From: Corallochytrium limacisporum Hawaii
Taxonomy: Eukaryota > Protista > Pluriformea
Length of the DNA stretch: 64,000 bases
Direction: 5' to 3'
Assembly: GCA_002811645.1 (NCBI GenBank)
Contig: PDIP01000001.1
Location: 202,686 to 266,685 of the forward strand
Shown: positions 56,911 to 64,000 of the stretch, one piece after another
Position numbering within the stretch: the first letter of the stretch is position 1
How the letters are laid out: each line of letters opens with the position of its first letter
Position numbers and translations under genes: made by a program
Notes under the pieces: model-generated
The model's database searches: none
Told to the model about the DNA's origin: nothing
Seen by the model: only the letters and a program-made list of their open reading frames with translations

Positions 56911-58985
56911 GTTTATTTCCGCCGTTTTCTATAAGATGAAAATCTTAGGCGTTCTAGCTCTGTCGCCTTGCTCAGTCCTGACTGTTTTCCATAAGTACCC
57001 GTTCACGTTGCCAAGATCCATGCGCTGAATGCCTTAACATTGTGATCCTGTTGACGTCTGCTGAGGGACTCCGCATCGACGACTTGGGCGATGTGAGACC
57101 TGCAATTTAAGAGCTCCGCAACCGGATTGGCTCCACAATGGTTGTTTAGACTCTGGTTCTGAACTGCTGTGCTCAGACTCGTCACATCCGCCAACACGAA
57201 CAATCTCCCTGAAGCCGCACACCAGCCTCACGATGGCGCATCTGTGGTTCGGCATCGGTCAACTCACTCTCTGCGGTTGTTTGCAAATTTCATGATATAC
57301 ACCACCATGCCAAAGCACATGGACATCATCTTCCTACTCCCAGGCCGTCGCTTGGTCTTCCACTGGGTCCTCGTTACCATTCTCCATGACAGAGTCCGCA
57401 CTGAAGCTGCCTCTCAACAGCTCCTTTGCTTAGGCCCGTGCTTCTCCCCTTCGCCCTGGTTCTTCTCCCCCCCACCGCCCACCATCTCCCCTTCGCCCAG
57501 TGACAGCTGAGCGACTTCAGCGGCCCACCCGGTCCGTTGTGTCTTGTAGAGTAATAGCATACGATCGTGTCCACATGAACTATGCATTCTAGTTTGGTTC
57601 CATCTATTCCTTTGGACACGAAATGCTCATCACCTGCCTTCAAAACACAAGGTGTCCGTGCGCCGCAATATACGTCGTGCATGAGCATAAGTTTCCAGTA
57701 ACCGAGAACCGCCCGCCACAGCGCCCACACCACCAACCATGGGCCGCACAGTTTACCCTATATCTATAGTATGGATCGCGAATGCTACGGAGGTGGTGAG
57801 GTGAAGATAAAGTGAAAAGTGAACGGTACCGCAGAAAGTGGAGGCGCCACTCGCGTCATCGTGGAGAGTCAGGTCCACGCCAGTAGCGCGGCCCGTTCAA
57901 TACATTATTTACCAATTCGCTGTGCATCTGCTGGACATTGCTGACCCACACAGAGACACACCTTTCCGTTAGAATTGGTTGGGGACCAATGAGCGCATGG
58001 AAAAGATAGTGAATGTACGAAAAATAAGGTCCCCGGGTTTGGCCGTTGCAGTAATTTGCCAATTGCAGGCAAAGAGTTTTTTTGGTCCGTGAACGCAAAC
58101 CACGCGTGGACACTGCGGGAAGAGCCGGAGTGCACCTCCATCCCATTTTCCACTATTGACTGTGTTGATGCGGCGGTGTCCGTTCTCGTCCGTTTTGGTA
58201 ATTTCAGCTTTTGCCCCAGTCGATCGAGAAGGTGATGGGCCGCGACTGGGAATGTAGATGTGCTCATTGCCCACGGGATTGGTGGTGTATTGTATTTATG
58301 CGGGATTCTGGGCTCTTTCTGGGCTTGCATCATTCCCCAATTTTGCGATCATTCGCAACGAGTCCAGGTTTGTTCTTCTCATCGTGTACGCTACACTACG
58401 GTCCGATTTGTCCTCTCCCCGTACGCTGGCTGGTGGTTTCATCGCACAGTTGGACAGTTTTGACGCACTAGGAAGCCACCAGAAGAGGAGAACAGCTCGC
58501 GGAGGGGAAGGGGAAGGGAATGGGGTACCTCAACGGATGCAACAATGGCACCTTCTAACGCACAGCGATCCACACTCAAGTGGTATATCCAAAAACACTG
58601 CCGGGTGAGAAAAGATTGTACTGATTGCAGCATGTCGTCTGACAACCAAAAGGCGCGCAGTGAGCTGCTCCCAGCCATCCTGACAAAGCAAAGTACAACG
58701 AATCAGCTTCCTGGAGCATTGCGGGTCGGGCCGTTCCTCAGTCTGATTGCATTTGCCATAATCCTTTTCTTCGTATGATATTGAGTCTTTCAAATCGAAA
58801 GTCTACTTGTTATCCATTTTTCATACCCATGCATGTACAAAATTGTTTGCGGTGGTAATGGATACTCAGGATAGGTATATATTTGATCTCACCTAATCCA
58901 GGGAACGACGAAGGGACCTCAGGTGAGTCCATGTCTAAGCTGCAGGAAACAGATTCCCTTGGCAGCCAAGAAAAAAGCTTAAACC

Positions 58986-59630
58986 ATGCATGTGAAACTT
59001 GCGATCGCTTTGGCTACGGCTTCTGTTGCTGTGGCCGTAACGACCACCGAAAACCTTGACACAGCAACCCAGCTCGCCACCCAGAAGCTTCAACGGAAAC
59101 TGTTGTCCAAGCTTGCCAACGAGGGTCAATTCGTGGACACTCAAGGCCCCAACGCTTCCGATGATTTTTACACTCCCGTCTACTATGGACCCTGCTCGCG
59201 TTTCTGGTGCGGTGAAAAGGCGTCTACAATGGACGTCTCAATCGGCTGCATAAGCTTCCATCTCGATCCCGAAACCCATGAAGTGACTACCACATGGCCT
59301 GCCAAGTTGGAAGGTTCCATCGAGAGTCTTGAAAAGAAGCTCCTGCTACCCAAAGGATCAGGTACGAACCCTGATGTCACTTGGGATATACCCAAACTCC
59401 AGGTGAACGAGGGCCATGAATACACACTCAAGATTGGTTTCCTGGATGAGAAGGTACCGATCGTCGACATCACCTCAACCTTCCGGGACTCCACCGGTGG
59501 AATTGTGGACGATTTCCGCGGAACCGATGAAATGGGACTGGGCTACTACTACGGCCGGCAGTCTGACCCCAACAACGCGAATTCGTACGTGACCTGTGGG
59601 ATGTGGATATGGCCAATCTGTATAGAGTAG
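58986..59630 (+). CDS. Uncharacterised secreted protein (WCG family)
   Basis: Signal peptide MHVKLAIALATASVAVA; homologous to 56323-56910; aaacc-ATG context. Confidence 0.87.
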   Translation: MHVKLAIALATASVAVAVTTTENLDTATQLATQKLQRKLLSKLANEGQFVDTQGPNASDDFYTPVYYGPCSRFWCGEKASTMDVSIGCISFHLDPETHEVTTTWPAKLEGSIESLEKKLLLPKGSGTNPDVTWDIPKLQVNEGHEYTLKIGFLDEKVPIVDITSTFRDSTGGIVDDFRGTDEMGLGYYYGRQSDPNNANSYVTCGMWIWPICIE

Positions 59631-59882
59631 GCAGCTTAGCTGCGCACTTTCCCTTTCGCTTCCCCACCAGCAGGGAAGTCCTCTCGTGGGTTGGGACGGA
59701 CAAGATTAAAACTATTAACCCTAATAAGATATATTTAAATGAATTTACTTAGATTTGAAGTGGAGTCCAATGCAGTCAAGGCTCTCAACTTGAGCCCTGG
59801 CCCCTGGGGTCGCGCGCGGTGGGTCTCGGGGGTCGTCGGTCCAGTGTTGCCCTCGTTGGGGGTGCACAGGTTTTCGGACGAA

Positions 59883-60040
59883 CTGTCATTGTTTTGCAAA
59901 GTCGGGTATCTGGGAGGTACTATTTCTATCTTATGCCTTGTATCATTGTAACAATGTACACGAAGGTTGTGAAATGAGAAATACCATCGTACTATGTGGG
60001 CAAAGGTTAGCCGAGCTGAAAAGGAAATGACGGCTGAAGT
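59883..60040 (+). promoter_or_regulatory. Structured 5' leader of PRP16
   Basis: ctgtcatt (59883-90) pairs with aatgacgg (60026-33), with nested stems; 5 upstream ATGs. Confidence 0.5.
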
Positions 60041-63000
60041 ATGTCCAATCGCGGACTGTCCTTCACTGCTGGGTCCTCCTCCGGGAACTTGAAAGGCAGA
60101 GAGATCAAAGGTGGACTGAGCAAGCTAGAAACACAGAAGAACAACAAGAAAAACCATGAAAGTAGACCAGCACAGCTCAAGCAGGAACGGGCTGGTGGCA
60201 CTCGTGGGGAGAAGAAAGACCATAGAGCCCGGGTTCAGGGCTTGCAAAAGAGGTTATCGGAAACCACCACGATGACAATGAGCACCTCATACAATTCAAA
60301 GGATTTGGAATTGGACGCTGAAGAAATTGATCAGGATCGCCGATGGTACTATGATGATCAGTATGACATGCCTCAGGATGAACCCGTGGCATTCTCGGCC
60401 AAGACCAAGAGACCACCTAACAAGGCAGGGCAGACAAATATTGCTCGGTGGGAAGCTTCGCGGATTCAATCTGGTCTATCAGAGACATTCCGTTCTGAAA
60501 ATGACTCGGTGGATGACGAGCAGGAACAGCGCAAACCACAGATTTTGGTGCGGGGAGGGACCCTGCCCGGGTTTCTCTCCGCCGGCGAAGGAAAACCGGG
60601 CTCACTGAGCAATGCCTTGCCTGACCCTGTATATCCGATCAAAGACACGTCATCAGACTTTGCCACATTGAGCCGGCAGAAGAGTGAAATCGTGCAGAAT
60701 CTTCGGCGGCAACGGATGCGAAAGGAAGGTCAAGATCGAGACTGGAAACTGGACGACACAAAACTAGGCAATCTGATCGGTGCCGAGTACGAGCAAGGTT
60801 GTGACTATGACAGTCAACTGCATGGGGAGATTGATGCAACACAGATATCGAAATCTCTGAGTATCCGTGAACAACGTGAATCACTACCGGTTTATCAGTG
60901 CAAGTATAAGCTACTACAGGTGATCCGCGACAACCAGGTTGTAGTAGTTGTGGGAGAGACAGGGTCCGGAAAGACCACGCAAATGACGCAATATCTCCTT
61001 GAGGATGGTTACGGTGCTATCAGCGGTGGACAACGCCGAATAATTGGCTGCACACAGCCACGTCGAGTAGCAGCCATGAGCGTAGCGGGTAGGGTTAGCG
61101 AGGAGATGGGTGTGGAATTGGGCGCTGAGGTCGGCTACACCATCCGTTTCGAGGACATGACTTCCGAGAAAACACTGATCAAGTATATGACTGACGGTAT
61201 CATGATGCGCGAAGCTTTGATGGACGAAGATTTGGAGAGGTACTCTGTGATTATAATGGACGAGGCCCATGAGCGGTCTTTGAACACAGATGTTCTCTTT
61301 GGAATATTGCGCTCGATCCTGCAACGTCGTCGTGATCTCAAACTGGTCGTTACCTCCGCGACCCTAAACGCCCAGCGATTCTCCGAATTCTTTGGCCACG
61401 TGCCCATATTTGAGATTCCCGGTCGGACGTATCCTGTGGACATCATGCATTCGCGATCGATGCCCAGTGACTACGTTCGGTCTGCGGTGACCAACGCTCT
61501 AACTGTTCACCTAAGTACAGAACTACCTGGAGACATTCTCATCTTCATGACCGGTCAGGAGGATGTGGAAGCAACGTGTCAGGAGTTGAAAGAGAAGTAC
61601 GCCGGTATTCTTGCGACTGACACCGCGAATCGGGAGCGCATCAGGGCGGATTCTGCGGGACAAATCGTCGAGACTAGGGAGGGTGGGGAATCAAACGATG
61701 AAGGGGATGACAAGTACAAAGTGTTCCGTCCGAAGCTCCTAATCTTGCCCATCTATAGCCAATTGCCACAAGATCTGCAGACCAAGGTTTTCGCGCCCAC
61801 ACCTCCCAACACGCGAAAGTGTATCGTGGCCACCAACGTGGCAGAAACGAGTCTCACAGTCAGTGGCATCCGCTACGTCATCGATCCGGGCCTGGCCAAG
61901 GTCAAAGTCTTTCATGCCAAATCCGGCATGGATGTCCTGCAGGTTTTTCCGATCACCCAGGCCTCCGCAATGCAGCGCGCCGGACGCGCAGGTCGGACCG
62001 GGCCGGGCAAATGCTACCGACTCTACACTCAGAGGATGTTTGAGGATGAACAGCTGGCGTCTCCTGTGCCAGAGATTCAGCGCACTGATCTTGTGACCGT
62101 GGTTCTACTCCTCAAAAGCCTGGGTATCACCGACCTCCAACGCTTTGACTTTATGGATCCTCCGCCCGTGGAAAACTTACGGTCAGCCATGTACCAGCTC
62201 TGGGTCTTGGGCGCTCTGGATGGAAATGGTAGGCTTACCAACCTTGGACGCAACATGGTACAGTTCCCAGTAGAACCCTCGCTGGCAAAGGTGTTGGTGG
62301 AGGGCAAGAAACCAGAGAACCGAATCATTCTGCCGAAGCTATTGACCATTGTCGCCATGCTCACTGTCCCTCCGGTCTGGCACCGGCCGCGGGGCAAGGA
62401 GGAGGCTGCGGACGCGATTCGGGAACGCTTCCAGATTGCAGAGTCCGACCATCTCACTCTCGTGCACGTCTATGAGAGCTGGCTGCGAAACGGCCAAAGC
62501 AGCAAATGGGCGAGGAAAATGTACCTGGAGGCTCGGCAGCTTCAGCGAGCCAAATCGGTACGGGATCAGCTGGAAGAAATTGTCTACGGCAATAGAAAAC
62601 ACGCACAACGACGTGACGAGGCCATGCTGGATGTCAACGACCAACAAACTTCTGAACGGATCCGAAAGATCATCTGCGGTGCCTACTTCCACCATGCTGC
62701 CAGGCAAAGGGGTAACGCCAAGTACGTCAGCCTGCGTACCGGGGCGGAATCCACTCTGCATCCCACCTCTGGTTTGTTTGCCTTGGGATTCACGCCGGAC
62801 TACATTGTCTACCATGAACTCCTGGTAACAGCCAGAAGCTACATTATGCACGCTACTGCCGTAGAACCGGAATGGCTGTGTCGCGAAGGTCATGCATTCT
62901 ATGCTCTGCGCAGACCGGGACAAACGCGAGAGGAGGCGCTGGCGCTTGTTGCGGCGGCAGATGCAGAGAGGAACGGTGGTGCCGGTTGTGATGGTGGTGG

Positions 63001-63163
63001 TGGTGGTGGTGGGGACACTCGCGATGAGACCGTGCCAGAGAGGATCGGGCCAGGACGTACTACCACTGCGGGACCGTCGTCGCCGTCTGCGTCTGGCGCC
63101 CGCAGTGGCATTGCAGAGATCGGCGGTGGACCGCTCGGGCGGAGGAAGAAGAGGCGGCTGTAG
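60041..63163 (+). CDS. PRP16: Pre-mRNA splicing DEAH-box helicase Prp16/DHX38
   Basis: GETGSGKTTQ, TQPRRVAA, DEAH, SAT, QRAGRAGR; Prp16-type N-terminal DRRWY and PIKDTSSDFA..KLGNLIG. Confidence 0.93.
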   Translation: MSNRGLSFTAGSSSGNLKGREIKGGLSKLETQKNNKKNHESRPAQLKQERAGGTRGEKKDHRARVQGLQKRLSETTTMTMSTSYNSKDLELDAEEIDQDRRWYYDDQYDMPQDEPVAFSAKTKRPPNKAGQTNIARWEASRIQSGLSETFRSENDSVDDEQEQRKPQILVRGGTLPGFLSAGEGKPGSLSNALPDPVYPIKDTSSDFATLSRQKSEIVQNLRRQRMRKEGQDRDWKLDDTKLGNLIGAEYEQGCDYDSQLHGEIDATQISKSLSIREQRESLPVYQCKYKLLQVIRDNQVVVVVGETGSGKTTQMTQYLLEDGYGAISGGQRRIIGCTQPRRVAAMSVAGRVSEEMGVELGAEVGYTIRFEDMTSEKTLIKYMTDGIMMREALMDEDLERYSVIIMDEAHERSLNTDVLFGILRSILQRRRDLKLVVTSATLNAQRFSEFFGHVPIFEIPGRTYPVDIMHSRSMPSDYVRSAVTNALTVHLSTELPGDILIFMTGQEDVEATCQELKEKYAGILATDTANRERIRADSAGQIVETREGGESNDEGDDKYKVFRPKLLILPIYSQLPQDLQTKVFAPTPPNTRKCIVATNVAETSLTVSGIRYVIDPGLAKVKVFHAKSGMDVLQVFPITQASAMQRAGRAGRTGPGKCYRLYTQRMFEDEQLASPVPEIQRTDLVTVVLLLKSLGITDLQRFDFMDPPPVENLRSAMYQLWVLGALDGNGRLTNLGRNMVQFPVEPSLAKVLVEGKKPENRIILPKLLTIVAMLTVPPVWHRPRGKEEAADAIRERFQIAESDHLTLVHVYESWLRNGQSSKWARKMYLEARQLQRAKSVRDQLEEIVYGNRKHAQRRDEAMLDVNDQQTSERIRKIICGAYFHHAARQRGNAKYVSLRTGAESTLHPTSGLFALGFTPDYIVYHELLVTARSYIMHATAVEPEWLCREGHAFYALRRPGQTREEALALVAAADAERNGGAGCDGGGGGGGDTRDETVPERIGPGRTTTAGPSSPSASGARSGIAEIGGGPLGRRKKRRL

Positions 63164-63592
63164 CAGGAAGAGATGAATAGAATGGAAAAGGATCAAAGTA
63201 CATCATCAACATAATGTGTCCATTTGAAACTTGTCATAGGTTTTATTATTCTGGCCCTGACTTTTTGAAACGAAGCGTCCTGTCTTTTCTCTTGCGGCTC
63301 ACATGACTCATCGACTGTGCGCTGTGTGCTTTTGCGTGTGTGCTGGAGCTTGTCGTGCCTGGATGTAAAATGGACAACTGACCAGGTCCCGGGACGACGA
63401 TCTCAAGGCCGCATATGGTTGGTGACCTACATCCGACATGACACATCCTCTTCATCGCATCATCCCAGCAAGTCTTTGTTGTCACACTTTCCCAACACAA
63501 ACAGACAACAGAAAGCCGATACACTAGCAGAGAAAGAAAAAGACAAGATCTACATACAAGAGGTGAGAATGAAAGGTCTATGGAAGTGGAAT

Positions 63593-63910
63593 CTAGAAGC
63601 CGTTCTCGAGCAGGTAGTCAGCAAGGGACTCTACGCGGGTGGTACATTGACCAGGCTGGATAGATCCGTCAAAGACACCGAGGATAACGCACTGGTTGGT
63701 CTTGACCACAGTGCATCCACCTTCCTTCGACTTGCCGTAGATTGAGCGACCCTCGTCGTTGCGGAGGAAGAAGTACTTTTGAGCAGCGATGGTGAAGCCG
63801 GAAGCCCTTAGGGAGTCAAAGTTTTGGCTGTTAAGAGCATTGACCAGAGCCAAGACCTCGGCAGGCTGCACGTTCAGATCCTTGTGGGCCCAGACGCTAC
63901 CGTCATGGCC
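63593..63910 (-). pseudogene. Profilin, 5'-truncated tandem copy
   Basis: GHDGSVWA..KYFFLR..RSIYGK..VKTNQ..VESLADYLLENGF; the N-terminal helix (MSWQxYVD) is missing and is replaced by the 3' flank of another copy. Confidence 0.8.
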
Positions 63911-63968
63911 AGAAAAAGACAAGATCTACATACAAGAGGTGAGAATGAAAGGTCTATGGAAGTGGAAT

Positions 63969-64000
63969 CTAGAAGCCGTTCTCGAGCAGGTAGTCAGCAA
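63969..64000 (-). CDS. Profilin C-terminal codons (gene continues beyond the window)
   Basis: LADYLLENGF* identical to 63593-63624. Confidence 0.75.
   Translation of the reverse strand, partial: ADYLLENGF

Larger units (their letters stand above)
63535..64000. repeat. Tandem duplication, period 376 nt
   Basis: 63911-64000 is identical to 63535-63624. Confidence 0.95.

Noticed and set aside
55952-59705. DGR-like template/variable repeat pair
   Set aside because: Differences are not restricted to adenines in either copy, and there is no reverse transcriptase in the window.

Overview
Eukaryotic (opisthokont-type) genomic window with about 25 protein genes. Every recognisable intact CDS is intron-less: NUDT17, a PCMT-BTB fusion, a SAM methyltransferase, SEC31, PSMB7, WARS2, RPS24, RGP1, UTP14, KGD4/MRPS36, PPA, MCTS1, a carnitine acyltransferase, MPC, PKA-C/PRKX, TMEM242, NDUFB2, MCCC1, an Erf4/CHIC protein, PRP16 and profilin. 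Animal/fungal-like proteins in an intron-free layout fit an intron-poor unicellular holozoan such as Corallochytrium (inference only). The most striking unexplained signal is a repeated gene architecture: a low-complexity C/G-run promoter island, then a 100-300 nt sequence-unique but strongly base-paired leader (G-U pairs on the sense strand, often hiding several upstream ATGs), then a short A/C-rich spacer and the ATG. Orphan leaders of this kind persist in gene deserts. Other highlights are a PIMT-BTB fusion (candidate Cul3 adaptor for isoAsp-damaged proteins), a chimeric IFT80/ODA16-like flagellar remnant, a cluster of novel secreted Cys-containing proteins with pseudogenes and a diversifying-selection signature, and a tandem partial profilin duplication. 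Two assembly gaps are present. All calls were made by eye; no searches or folding programs were run.
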